Shown here in pieces: positions 17,320 to 26,634 of a DNA stretch of 52,602 nt. Origin of the DNA: Dehalococcoidia bacterium (GTDB lineage Bacteria; Chloroflexota; Dehalococcoidia; Lucifugimonadales; JAGWBF01); contig JAGWBF010000001.1 in assembly GCA_021296025.1 (NCBI GenBank), forward strand, positions 9,562 to 62,163. Direction: 5' to 3'. A model generated the notes under the pieces. That model was not told the DNA's origin. It saw only the letters and a program-made list of their open reading frames with translations, and did not search any database. The position numbers were made by a program, and so were the translations under genes. Positions within the stretch are counted from its first letter, which is position 1. Each line of letters starts with the position of its first letter.

Positions 17320-17936
17320 ACCACCGAGGCGTAGTCCACAAAATTACTATATATCTTGAGCCCGAAGTCGCCGCTTTTCTCGGGGTGGAACTGGGTTGCC
17401 ATCACGTTCCCTTGGGTCAAGACGCTGCAGAAGGGCAGCCCATACTCCGTGACACCCGTCGCGACGTCATTCTTCAACGGCTCGGCGTAGTAGCTGTGGA
17501 CAAAGTAGAAATAGCTGCCATCAGGAATTCCGTCCAAGAGCGGATGCTCATGCCGGAAGCTGACGCTGTTCCAGCCCATGTGAGGTACCTTCAGGCTGTC
17601 GGGCAGCTTCCGCGTGGTGCCGGAGATGATGCCCAGGCAAGGCGAGCTACCCTCCTCGGTGTCATCCATCAGCAGCTGGAGTCCCAGGCAGATGCAGAGG
17701 ACCGGCGTTCCCGACGCCACCGCCTCTTGCAACGGCTTAACCAATCCCCGTTGTTCTAGGGCCTCCATGGCAGCCCTGCCAGAGCCCACTCCCGGCAGGA
17801 CTATCGCATTGGCCGATTTCAAGGCATCGGGGTCCGATGTCAGGACAGGCTGGGCACCCGCCGTTTCCAAAGCCCTGGAAACGCTACGCAGGTTGCCCGA
17901 CTCATAGTCCACTACCTTAACGATCATCTTTGCCAT
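17310..17936 (-). CDS. hisH: imidazole glycerol phosphate synthase glutamine amidotransferase subunit
   Basis: MIVKVVDYESGNLRSV, PGVG, catalytic CLGLQ, FHPEKS. Start chosen at MAKMIV (17936); the ORF track extends to 17981. Confidence 0.9.
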   Translation of the reverse strand: MAKMIVKVVDYESGNLRSVSRALETAGAQPVLTSDPDALKSANAIVLPGVGSGRAAMEALEQRGLVKPLQEAVASGTPVLCICLGLQLLMDDTEEGSSPCLGIISGTTRKLPDSLKVPHMGWNSVSFRHEHPLLDGIPDGSYFYFVHSYYAEPLKNDVATGVTEYGLPFCSVLTQGNVMATQFHPEKSGDFGLKIYSNFVDYASVVWK

Positions 17937-17977
17937 TGCGCTCGGCTTTCGCTGCCGCCCACCCAGGAAGGGCAGCT

Positions 17978-18538
17978 TCACACCTTCTCCAAGGGGATGG
18001 AACGGTCTTGGAATCTAGCCAGAACAAACAGCAGGTCTCCCAGCCGGTTCAAGTATCCCAGGATGTGGTCGTTGGTGACCAAGCCCAGGTGCTTTAGATC
18101 GACGGTCCGCCTTTCCGTAGTTCGGATCTTGGCCCTGGCTAAGTCGATGGCCGCGGAGGGGGGAGACCCACCGGGGAGGATAAACACGCTGGGCATCTCA
18201 GCTTTGCTCTCCAGGTCATCTATGGTCTCTTCCAAGCTTGCTATCATCTCGGGGCTCACGGGGTTGAAGTGGGTAAGGAACAGGTCGTACTTGTCCGGAG
18301 CGGTCGCCAGCTCAGACATGACAACAAACAGGTCCCGTTCAAGCTCCTTCAGCAGCGTCTTGACTTCCACATCGTCGCTCAGGGCCCTGGCCAGCCCCAT
18401 TGCCGAAACTGCTTCATCCGCCGTTCCGTAAGCTTCGGTGTGAGGGTCGCCCTTGGGTACCCTGCCGCCGTACAGCAAGCTGGTCTCGCCCGCGTCACCG
18501 TACCTGGTGTATATCCTTTTGCGATGGGGAGTCGTCAT
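17978..18538 (-). CDS. PduO-type ATP:cob(I)alamin adenosyltransferase
   Basis: IYTRYGDAGETSL..G.RV.K......AYGT.DE and the C-terminal L.YLNRL.D.LF..AR pattern. Confidence 0.85.
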   Translation of the reverse strand: MTTPHRKRIYTRYGDAGETSLLYGGRVPKGDPHTEAYGTADEAVSAMGLARALSDDVEVKTLLKELERDLFVVMSELATAPDKYDLFLTHFNPVSPEMIASLEETIDDLESKAEMPSVFILPGGSPPSAAIDLARAKIRTTERRTVDLKHLGLVTNDHILGYLNRLGDLLFVLARFQDRSIPLEKV

Positions 18539-18677
18539 CGTTCCTCGCTCGGCATCTTCACCCTGAGACGAGGGTGAGGTGCCCGGTAGGAAGTAGCTAG
18601 GGTCGGAAGGTACTAAATTCTAGCACAGGGGTACCCTGCACGCTATACTTGGGGCAGCCATAGACCGGAGATGGCAG

Positions 18678-19430
18678 ATGACGGCAGTCCAGGTGATGGG
18701 TATCGAAGGGATCCCCGAGGTGCAAGAGGGCGACGACCTGTCGCAGCACATCCTGTCGTCCCTCAACCAGCAGGGCCTTGCCCTGGAGGTGGGGGACATC
18801 CTGGTTGTCACTCAAAAGGTGGTCTCCAAGGCCGAGGGCAGGGTGGTCAACCTGGATGATATATCAGCTTCGCAGATAGCCATCCAGCTATCGGAAGGGA
18901 GCCACCGGGATCCCCGGCACACAGAGGTGATACTCAGGGAAAGCAGGCGGATTGTGCGCATGGACCGAGGCAACATCATCAGCGAGACCCGCCACGGCTT
19001 TATCTGCGCTAACGCGGGCGTGGATGCATCCAACCTCCCCGAGACGGGCACAGTCGCGATGCTGCCTGTCGATCCGGATGTATCCGCACGAAATATCCGG
19101 CAGGGCATCCTGGCAAGGACCGGCGTAGGAGTTGCGGTTATCATATCCGACACCTTCGGCAGGCCCTGGCGGGAAGGGGCCGTCAACGTAGCTATCGGAG
19201 TGTCGGGAATGGATTCGGTTGTGGACTACCGTGAGAAGGAAGATGCCTACGGGCAAATGATGCGCACCACGGTCATAGCCATCTCCGATGAGATTGCCAG
19301 CGCAGCTGAGCTGGTAACCGGCAAGACTGACGGGGTTCCGGTAGCCCTTATAAGAGGTTACGAGTACACGGAAGGCGATGATGGGGCAAGAAAGCTGGTG
19401 CGGAGCCCAGAACGGGACATGTTCCGGTGA
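18678..19430 (+). CDS. cofE: coenzyme F420-0:L-glutamate ligase
   Basis: 250 aa. GIP.V..GDDL...I.......L..GDILVVTQKVVSKAEGR, NAGVD.SN, ISDT.GRPWR.G..NVAIG. Confidence 0.8.
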   Translation: MTAVQVMGIEGIPEVQEGDDLSQHILSSLNQQGLALEVGDILVVTQKVVSKAEGRVVNLDDISASQIAIQLSEGSHRDPRHTEVILRESRRIVRMDRGNIISETRHGFICANAGVDASNLPETGTVAMLPVDPDVSARNIRQGILARTGVGVAVIISDTFGRPWREGAVNVAIGVSGMDSVVDYREKEDAYGQMMRTTVIAISDEIASAAELVTGKTDGVPVALIRGYEYTEGDDGARKLVRSPERDMFR

Positions 19431-19461
19431 CCGGGGCCGGATCGGAGGTCAGCAGGAGGAG

Positions 19462-19749
19462 CTACGCCTCAGAAGGGTCGTCTGGGCCTTCCGACGATGC
19501 GTCTGCGGTGGCGTAGTTCGCTGTGGACTGGGAAGACTCTTCGCCCCACGAAATGGCATCTATGTAGTTCTTAAACTCCCTGGTTGCATCGCAAAGCTGG
19601 CATCTTCCCCTACTTACCGGACCCTGGGGGGACTCTATCAACCAGTGATGCCTGCACTCCGGCGATTCCGTCCTTTCACCGGGGCTGGGCTTGGAAACCT
19701 GCCGCACCATCGCTATCCTACTCCTTTCTTTGGTCGCAAAATCTAGCAT
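19462..19749 (-). CDS. small hypothetical zinc-knuckle-like protein with an acidic Ser-rich tail
   Basis: ECRHHWLIESPQGPVSRGRCQLCDATREF gives C-x-H-H ... C-x2-C. Possible starts are ATG 19749 or ATG 19710 (AAGGAG upstream). The long ORF-track N-terminus (to 19923) overlaps trkH and is unlikely. Confidence 0.45.
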   Translation of the reverse strand: MLDFATKERSRIAMVRQVSKPSPGERTESPECRHHWLIESPQGPVSRGRCQLCDATREFKNYIDAISWGEESSQSTANYATADASSEGPDDPSEA

Positions 19750-19914
19750 GACGATATTTTCGCCGTCAAGGTGATTTTGGTACGTAGGTAGTCCTGTTTC
19801 CGACACCTGGATGTTGTAGGAATTCCCTTTTACCCATCGCCATACCTGGGTTATACTCCCTGACGCCAGCCGGGATAGGCCAGGCGATGTACCTACAGAC
19901 CCCGAGAGGGAGGG

Positions 19915-21345
19915 ATGGAACAACCCCCATCGACAGGTGACCGTATAGTTCGGCGGCCAAGGTCGCGGGAAGTGGTCCCCGTGGTTGTAAAGACCTCACC
20001 ACGAAGGCACCCTTCCCGGCATTTCATCCCCGCTTTCATCCTCTTTTACAGTTTCAGCGGCCTGGTGCTTATTGGTGGCCTGCTCCTCTTCCTGCCTTTT
20101 TCCAGCATTGACGAGGGGTTCACCCCCCTGGTGCTGGCCTACTTCACAGCCACTTCCGCCGTTACCGTGACCGGGCTGACCGTCGTGGATACGGCAACCT
20201 ATTGGACCGATTTCGGGAAGGCCGTCATATTCGCCCTGATGCTGATAGGGGGGCTGGGTTTCACATCCTTGGCAACCTTCTTTCTCATCGTGCTGGGTCA
20301 GCGTATAACCCTTCCCGAGCGGATGCTCATGCGGGACACCATGGGGATCGATAGGCTTGGTGGAATAGTTCCCCTGCTGCGCAACATCATCCTCATAGTT
20401 ACCTTGGTTTACGTGATCGGCGCAGCCCTCATCTGGTGGCGCCTCCACGGCGAATTTTCCACGGGGGAATCTATCTGGCAGTCGGCCTTCCTCTCGGTTT
20501 CCGCTTTCAACAACGCGGGCTTCTCAATCCTCCCCGACTCGATGAGCTTGAGCCTCTTCTTTGGGGACGTTCCCCTCCTGGCAGTGCTGGCAGGGCTAAT
20601 CGTGCTGGGCGGGATCGGATGGACCGTGCTGGTGGATGTGTTCCGGCAGCACCGATTCTCCCGCTTCGCCCTGGACACCAAGATGGTAATCGTAACAAGC
20701 ATGTTCCTGTGGGCATTGGGGGCGGTGGTGCTCTTTATCGCAGAGTTCGACAACGAGCACACTTTGGGAGCCTCCTCCCTGGGTATGAAGACCGCCCAGT
20801 CCATCTTCCACTCGATCAGCGGTAGGACGGCTGGCCTAACCACCATTGACGTGAGCCAGACCACCCAGCTTCATGACCTCTTTTACCCATTGCTGATGTT
20901 CATTGGCGGGGCAGCCGGTTCTGTTGCTGGCGGGATCAAGGTGGCAACTCTCGCGGTCATCATCGCCGCAGTTGTGTCGTCCGTGCGGGGAAGACTGCAA
21001 GCAGAAGCCTTCGGCAGGGAAATTCCCCACTTCCAGGTACACAGAGCCCTAACGGTGGCGGCCCTTGGCATGGTGATCGTGTTTGCGATTTGCCTTGGCC
21101 TCACCCTGACGGAGAGGTCCAGCAACATCCCTTTCCTTGACCTCTTCTTCGACACCGTATCGGCCTTCGGCACCACAGGCCTGTCCACGGGAGTACCTCC
21201 GGAGCTGAGCGTGGCCGGGAAGGTGCTGTTCATCATTACCATGCTGGTCGGGAGGCTGGGGCCCCTCACCCTCGCCCTGGCGCTGACACCTAGGCAGGAA
21301 TCAACCGTATATCGTTTTGTTCAGGAAAGGGTTAAAATAGGTTAG
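19915..21345 (+). CDS. trkH: TrkH/KtrB-family potassium uptake membrane subunit
   Basis: 476-aa polytopic protein with repeated pore-loop-like TGLT / NAGFS / GRTAG / TTGLSTG segments. Confidence 0.9.
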   Translation: MEQPPSTGDRIVRRPRSREVVPVVVKTSPRRHPSRHFIPAFILFYSFSGLVLIGGLLLFLPFSSIDEGFTPLVLAYFTATSAVTVTGLTVVDTATYWTDFGKAVIFALMLIGGLGFTSLATFFLIVLGQRITLPERMLMRDTMGIDRLGGIVPLLRNIILIVTLVYVIGAALIWWRLHGEFSTGESIWQSAFLSVSAFNNAGFSILPDSMSLSLFFGDVPLLAVLAGLIVLGGIGWTVLVDVFRQHRFSRFALDTKMVIVTSMFLWALGAVVLFIAEFDNEHTLGASSLGMKTAQSIFHSISGRTAGLTTIDVSQTTQLHDLFYPLLMFIGGAAGSVAGGIKVATLAVIIAAVVSSVRGRLQAEAFGREIPHFQVHRALTVAALGMVIVFAICLGLTLTERSSNIPFLDLFFDTVSAFGTTGLSTGVPPELSVAGKVLFIITMLVGRLGPLTLALALTPRQESTVYRFVQERVKIG

Positions 21346-21379
21346 AAATCATGCCTGAAACCGGGCTGAGGAGCACGGC

Positions 21380-22108
21380 ATGACAAAACAGGTTATCGTC
21401 GTGGGGTTGGGCCGATTTGGCGCAAGCGTGGCAGAGGAGCTTTACCAGATGGGCCACGACGTCTTGGGCATCGATATGGAAGAAAAGAATGTCCAGGACA
21501 TGCTGGGCCACGTAACCTACGCCGTTAAATCCGATGCTACCAACGAAGCTGTGCTCAAAGAACTTGGGGTATCCAACTTCGATGTGGCCGTTGTGGCCAT
21601 CGGTTCGGATGTTCAGGCAAGCATACTTGTAACAGTGCTGCTGAAGGAACTGGGAATTCCCTTCATCGTGGCCCGGGCCATTAACGAAATTCACGGCAAC
21701 GCAATCGGGCGGGTCGGCGCGGACAAGGTGATCTACCCGGAGCAGGAGACGGGGCGCAGGCTGGCACACACCGGCTTCGAGCTTGGCGTGCTCGACTACA
21801 TGGAGGTCGCCCCCAACTACGGAATAACCAAGCTTAGACCCCCGGACCCCTTCGTTAGGAAGACTCTGTCGGAGGCAGGACTGGCGAGTCCCAGGGATAA
21901 GTACCATGTAGCAGTGTTGGCCATACGACGGGGACGGGAGTACCTGCTGGTGCCCAGTCGTGATGAAGAGATACTCCCCGGCGATATCCTAATCGTTGCA
22001 GCCAGCAACAACGAGATCTCAAAGGTACATGTCTCGGCTACCGGGGGGTCTAGCAGACGGGAGCTAGGCGCACCGGACCGCAACGGCAACGAGTCCCTGG
22101 TTGAATGA
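21380..22108 (+). CDS. trkA: TrkA/KtrA-type RCK protein (TrkA-N + TrkA-C)
   Basis: VIVVGLGRFGASVAEEL...HDVLGID Rossmann motif, plus a C-terminal TrkA-C-like domain (GKTL.E..L....... V.AI.R......P..D..I..GD.L). Confidence 0.85.
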   Translation: MTKQVIVVGLGRFGASVAEELYQMGHDVLGIDMEEKNVQDMLGHVTYAVKSDATNEAVLKELGVSNFDVAVVAIGSDVQASILVTVLLKELGIPFIVARAINEIHGNAIGRVGADKVIYPEQETGRRLAHTGFELGVLDYMEVAPNYGITKLRPPDPFVRKTLSEAGLASPRDKYHVAVLAIRRGREYLLVPSRDEEILPGDILIVAASNNEISKVHVSATGGSSRRELGAPDRNGNESLVE

Positions 22109-22123
22109 GAAAGAACGGCTAGA

Positions 22124-22591
22124 GTGGCGGAAAAGTTCCGGAAGATTCTCGTGCCCGTCAACGGCAACCATGCCGGCGAAGGGGCTATCCGCCTTGCATG
22201 CCAGATGGCCAAGGAAAGCAAAGCGCAGATTTGTGCCCTACATGTGATCGAAGTCGGCCAGGAGCTTCCTCTGGACGCAGACGTTAACAACGACGCCGGT
22301 GAAGAGATCCTCACCAGCATTGAGTCGTTGGCTAAAGAAGAGAAGTGCCGCGTCATCGCTGAGTACGTCCAAGCCCGGCATGCCGGCCCGGCCATAGTCC
22401 GAGAAGCTCATGAACGTGGCTACGAGGTCATCGTGATGGGCATTCCCTATAAGCGTCGGTTCGGCCAGTTCACCCTCGGAGACACCAGTTCCCACATCCT
22501 CAAGCATGCGTCCTGCCCTGTTATGGTAGTGCGGGAGAAGCCGGCGCCCGGAAGAAGCAGCTACGGACTAAGGGCTGAAACCATCCCATGA
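22124..22591 (+). CDS. universal stress protein (UspA family)
   Basis: FRKILVPVNG......A...A..MAKE..A.I.ALHVIEV ... VIVMG......F.....G.TS..ILKHA.CPVMVV. Confidence 0.85.
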   Translation: MAEKFRKILVPVNGNHAGEGAIRLACQMAKESKAQICALHVIEVGQELPLDADVNNDAGEEILTSIESLAKEEKCRVIAEYVQARHAGPAIVREAHERGYEVIVMGIPYKRRFGQFTLGDTSSHILKHASCPVMVVREKPAPGRSSYGLRAETIP

Positions 22592-22992
22592 AGGTGCTTG
22601 TGGTGGGCAGCCAACGGGTGGCCAGCATCCTGGCTACCTCTCTGGCCGAGGATGGCCACGAGGTGACAGTGCTGGGCACCGACGGCGAGCGTCTGGAGGA
22701 GATGTCCGACGAACAGCCCGTCGAGGTGCTCCTGTCCAGCGGCTCCCTTATGGAAGATTTCAGGGATGTTGATATCGATTCGGTGGATGTGTGCCTTGCC
22801 GTTTCCAGCGACGATAACTGGAATGCCATGGCAGCCCAGGTCGCCAGCTCAATTTTTCAGGTGCCAAAGGTCATCTGCCTGGTGGAAGAGCCCGAGAAGG
22901 AGGGCTTTTATCGCCGATTGGGTATCCGTACAATATGCCCCACCACCATACTGGCCGATATCATCAGGACCGCCATGGTGGACGCAGGCTAG
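22588..22992 (+). CDS. TrkA-N-like domain protein with a degenerate nucleotide-binding motif
   Basis: 134 aa. MKVLVVGSQRVASILATSLAEDGHEVTVLGTD has the RCK N-domain layout, but GxGxxG is replaced by GSQRVA. 4-nt overlap with the usp stop. Confidence 0.6.
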   Translation: MKVLVVGSQRVASILATSLAEDGHEVTVLGTDGERLEEMSDEQPVEVLLSSGSLMEDFRDVDIDSVDVCLAVSSDDNWNAMAAQVASSIFQVPKVICLVEEPEKEGFYRRLGIRTICPTTILADIIRTAMVDAG

Positions 22993-23013
22993 CGGGACGC
23001 CAGAACTTAAGTT

Positions 23014-23682
23014 ATGTACATTATCGTAGTAGGCTGCGGAAACATCGGTTTCCACCTTGCTAAGGCCCTGGTTGCCATAGGGCATGAAGTCCTCGTGATC
23101 GATAAGGACCAGCACCGCTGCGAAACCCTGCGGGACGAGCTGGAAAGCATCGATGTGGCCATGCATGGTGACGGGACTCAGATCGATGTGCTCAAATCCG
23201 CCGGGGCTGTTCGCGCAGATGTGCTCATTGCCGTGGCCGCTACAGACCACGATAACCTGGCTGCCTGCCAAGTGGCTAAGCACAGTTTTGCCACTCCCAG
23301 GACCATGGCGTTGGTCCGGGACCCTCAGAACGAAGCCCTGTTCAAGACATCGGGAGTGGATGTGACCATAGGCAATACCCACCCCATCGTATCAACCATC
23401 GAGGAAGGGATACCCGGCCACGCCCTCGTTCACTTAATGAACCTGAAGCCAAGGCACATGGAGATGGTCAGCATCACCATCCCACCGGATGCAGCCGTAG
23501 CCGGCAGTGCGCTAGAAAGCATAGAGCTGCCTCCCAACAGCTTCATCACCCTCATAGTAAAGGACGACAATGCCCTCTTGCCCTGGGCTGACGTGGTCGT
23601 CGATGCAGGAGATGATGTGGTCGTCGTAACCAGCATAGAGGAGGAACATCTCCTCTATGAAATCCTAGTCGGTGCAGGCTAA
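23014..23682 (+). CDS. trkA: TrkA/KtrA-type RCK protein (TrkA-N + TrkA-C)
   Basis: MYIIVVGCGNIGFHLAKALVAIGHEVLVIDKD plus a TrkA-C-like C-terminus. Confidence 0.85.
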   Translation: MYIIVVGCGNIGFHLAKALVAIGHEVLVIDKDQHRCETLRDELESIDVAMHGDGTQIDVLKSAGAVRADVLIAVAATDHDNLAACQVAKHSFATPRTMALVRDPQNEALFKTSGVDVTIGNTHPIVSTIEEGIPGHALVHLMNLKPRHMEMVSITIPPDAAVAGSALESIELPPNSFITLIVKDDNALLPWADVVVDAGDDVVVVTSIEEEHLLYEILVGAG

Positions 23683-24509
23683 TGGCTAAGCGCCTGGCTT
23701 ACCTGGGGCCGACGGGCACTTTCTCCGAAGAAGCGGCTGTCCAGTACGACCCCGACGCGGAGATGGTGCCTCATGCCAGCATCCAGGCGGTGGCCCTGGC
23801 CGTTGCGTCGGGCATGGCGGACGAGGGTGTTGTGCCTATCGAAAACAGCCTTGAAGGATCGGTGACCTTCACCCTGGACACTCTTATCCAGGAAGACCGG
23901 CTGCTTATACGTCGCGAGCTGGTGCTTTCCATTGAGCACTGCCTGATCGTTAAGCCGGGCACAAAGGCGGGGGAGATACAGGCCATTTACTCGCACCCCC
24001 AGGCTCTGGGCCAGTGCAGGAGCTTCTTGGAACGCTGTTTTCCAAAGGCCCAGCAGATAGCCTCCCTTAGCACAGCCGCCGCTGTGGACGACGTCAGGGG
24101 AAGCTCAGAAGTCTCCGCTGCCATCGCTCCCCGAAGGGCTGCTGAGCTACAAGGAATGGAGATTCTGGGTGAAGGAATCCAGGACAGCTCTGCCAACGTC
24201 ACCAGATTCGTTGTGCTTGCCCACAGCGACCATCCCCGGACGGGAAAAGACAAAACGTCGCTGTGCTTTTCGTTCCAAGAAGACAAGCCCGGGGCCCTCT
24301 ACAACGTCCTGGGGATTTTTGCCCACCGGGATATCAACTTGACCAAAGTCGAGTCCCGCCCTTCCAAGCAGTCCCTGGGCGACTACATCTTCCTGATCGA
24401 CGTGCACGGGCATAGGGAAGACCCTGTTATCGCAGCCGCCATCGAAACGGTCAGGATCCACACTTCGATGTTGAAGGTGTTTGGTTCCTACCCGCGATGG
24501 GACACCTGA
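23682..24509 (+). CDS. pheA: prephenate dehydratase with a C-terminal ACT domain
   Basis: LAYLGP.GTFSEEAA, VPIENS.EGSV..TLD, SHPQALGQC, TRF.VL, ESRP. Confidence 0.9.
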   Translation: MAKRLAYLGPTGTFSEEAAVQYDPDAEMVPHASIQAVALAVASGMADEGVVPIENSLEGSVTFTLDTLIQEDRLLIRRELVLSIEHCLIVKPGTKAGEIQAIYSHPQALGQCRSFLERCFPKAQQIASLSTAAAVDDVRGSSEVSAAIAPRRAAELQGMEILGEGIQDSSANVTRFVVLAHSDHPRTGKDKTSLCFSFQEDKPGALYNVLGIFAHRDINLTKVESRPSKQSLGDYIFLIDVHGHREDPVIAAAIETVRIHTSMLKVFGSYPRWDT

Positions 24510-24514
24510 AGGCC

Positions 24515-25363
24515 TCAGCCCATCTCACCGCCGCCGGAGACGCTGACCGCCAACCCGGTCATGTAGTCCGATTCTGCAGAAGCTAAGAAGGCGGCCATCC
24601 GGGCAACGTCCGAACTCTGAGCTACCCGACCCAGGGGTATGTTTTCCGACCGGGCGTTGAGCATCGCTGCATGATGCTCTTCCACGCTCACTCCCGGTGG
24701 CGTAAAAGCCTCGGCGATGTACCCAACCCGCTCCGTATCCACTAGTCCCGGGCAGATGGCGTTGACGTTAATCCTGTGGGGCGCCAGCTCGTGAGCCAGG
24801 GCCTGAGTGAACCCCACGATGGCAAACTTGGAGGCGCAGTAGGCGGCATAGCGAGCGCGGCCCCTCTTGCCCATTCCCGAGGACATGCTGATTATCTTGC
24901 CTCCGCTGCCCTGGCGGATCATCTCCCTGGCGCCAGCCTTGGAGCAAAGGAAGGTCCCCTTGACGTTGACCCTCTGTACAGTGTCGAACACATCCTCTTC
25001 CAGCTCGACGACGGGGACACGGTCCGGCCCCGGTCGGGAGCCCGCGTTATTGATCAGGATGTCCAAGTGTCCGAACCGTTCGATTACACGCTGGAACATT
25101 TCATCGACCTGTCCGCTGTCGGAAACGTCGGCAATGATGTGCATGGACTCGCGCCCCAAGTCCTCTATCTGGCGGACCACATCTTCCACGCCACCCCAGG
25201 AAGATGAACGACCTGAGTAGGGATTGGGGTCAACGTCGTTCACCACGACGTCGGCGCCCTCCTGGGCCAGGCGGATGGCTATAGCCCTGCCAATTCCCTG
25301 TTCTCCCCCGGCTCCCGTAACAAGGGCGACCTTGCCGCTCAAGTCGTACATTGCACCCTCCAT
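24515..25363 (-). CDS. SDR-family oxidoreductase (FabG-like)
   Basis: GKVALVTGAGGEQGIGRAIA, NNAG, catalytic S...YCASK, PG.V.T. Confidence 0.9.
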   Translation of the reverse strand: MEGAMYDLSGKVALVTGAGGEQGIGRAIAIRLAQEGADVVVNDVDPNPYSGRSSSWGGVEDVVRQIEDLGRESMHIIADVSDSGQVDEMFQRVIERFGHLDILINNAGSRPGPDRVPVVELEEDVFDTVQRVNVKGTFLCSKAGAREMIRQGSGGKIISMSSGMGKRGRARYAAYCASKFAIVGFTQALAHELAPHRINVNAICPGLVDTERVGYIAEAFTPPGVSVEEHHAAMLNARSENIPLGRVAQSSDVARMAAFLASAESDYMTGLAVSVSGGGEMG

Positions 25364-25395
25364 CGGCTAACTGAATGCAGGACCCCCGAAGGGGA

Positions 25396-26613
25396 TCAGT
25401 GCTGGGTCTGCTGGCTGCGGAGATCGTCGGCTTCCACGACCACGTGAATGTCCTTGTCTCCCCTACCACTGAGGCACAGCAGGGCCGTCTTTTCCCTGGA
25501 CAAGCCCCGAGCCAGGCGGGAAAGGTAGGCGATGGCGTGAGCCGGTTCCAACGCAGGAATTATCCCTTCGGTGCGACAGAGAAGATGGAATCCATCCAGG
25601 GCGTCGCCGTCGTCAACAGCGAGGTACCTGGCACGGCCCGTTTCCTTAAGGTATGAGTGTTCCGGGCCGACCCCCGGGTAGTCCAAGCCCGCGGACACGC
25701 TGTGGGTTTCCATTACCTGGCCATGGTCATCCTGAAGCAGGTAGGACATGGAACCATGGAGCACTCCAGGAGTCCCCTTGCTGAGAGAGGCCGCATGCTT
25801 GCTGGTGTTGATGCCCTCGCCGCCGGCCTCAACTCCTATAAGCATCACCGATTTGTCTTCCACAAAGGGGTAGAAGGTCCCGATGGCGTTGCTCCCCCCG
25901 CCTACGCAGGCAACAACATAGTCGGGGAGCTTCCCCTCAACCTCCAAGAGCTGGGAGCGGGCCTCCCTGCCGATAACTGATTGGAAGTCCCGTACCATCT
26001 TGGGATAAGGATGGGGGCCCACGGCGCTGCCCAGCAGATAGTGGGTGGTCTCCACGTTGGTTACCCAGTCCCGGATCGCTTCGTTGATTGCATCCTTCAG
26101 GGTGCGGCTGCCTGAATCGACTGGCACCACTTCCGCCCCTAGGAGGCGCATCCGGTAAACGTTTGGGGACTGGCGCCTGATATCCTCCGATCCCATGTAT
26201 ACCGTGCAGTCCAGGCCCATCATGGCACACACTGTAGCTGCCGCCACGCCGTGCTGGCCCGCCCCGGTCTCAGCTATGATCCGAGGCTTGCCCATGTGCT
26301 TTGCCAGCAGCGCCTGACCCAAGGCATTATTGATCTTATGGGCACCCGTGTGGGCCAGGTCTTCCCTCTTAAGGTATATCTTGACCCCGCCCAGCTCTTC
26401 GGTCAACCTGGAGGCATAGTGCAAGGGCGTGGGTCGTCCCACATAGGTGGACAGCAACCGTCCATACTCTTCCTGGAAGCTGGCATCTTCCTGGGCATCG
26501 CTGTATGACCGGTCCAGCTCCTCCAAGGCAGCCATGAGGGTCTCCGGAACGAACCTTCCTCCAAAGGAGCCGAACCTCCCACGTTCATCGGGCAGGACTT
26601 GTCCGTTTGTCAC
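25396..26613 (-). CDS. trpB: tryptophan synthase beta chain
   Basis: [42 protein letters not shown] full-length pattern. Confidence 0.95.
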   Translation of the reverse strand: MTNGQVLPDERGRFGSFGGRFVPETLMAALEELDRSYSDAQEDASFQEEYGRLLSTYVGRPTPLHYASRLTEELGGVKIYLKREDLAHTGAHKINNALGQALLAKHMGKPRIIAETGAGQHGVAAATVCAMMGLDCTVYMGSEDIRRQSPNVYRMRLLGAEVVPVDSGSRTLKDAINEAIRDWVTNVETTHYLLGSAVGPHPYPKMVRDFQSVIGREARSQLLEVEGKLPDYVVACVGGGSNAIGTFYPFVEDKSVMLIGVEAGGEGINTSKHAASLSKGTPGVLHGSMSYLLQDDHGQVMETHSVSAGLDYPGVGPEHSYLKETGRARYLAVDDGDALDGFHLLCRTEGIIPALEPAHAIAYLSRLARGLSREKTALLCLSGRGDKDIHVVVEADDLRSQQTQH

Positions 26614-26634
26614 TCTTCTCCTTACCAGCGGGTC

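Noticed and set aside
19750-19923. N-terminal 58 residues of the 153-aa ORF-track call for the small zinc-knuckle protein
   Set aside because: The extension overlaps the trkH start region and has no coding-like character. Internal ATGs with RBS-like sequences fit better.
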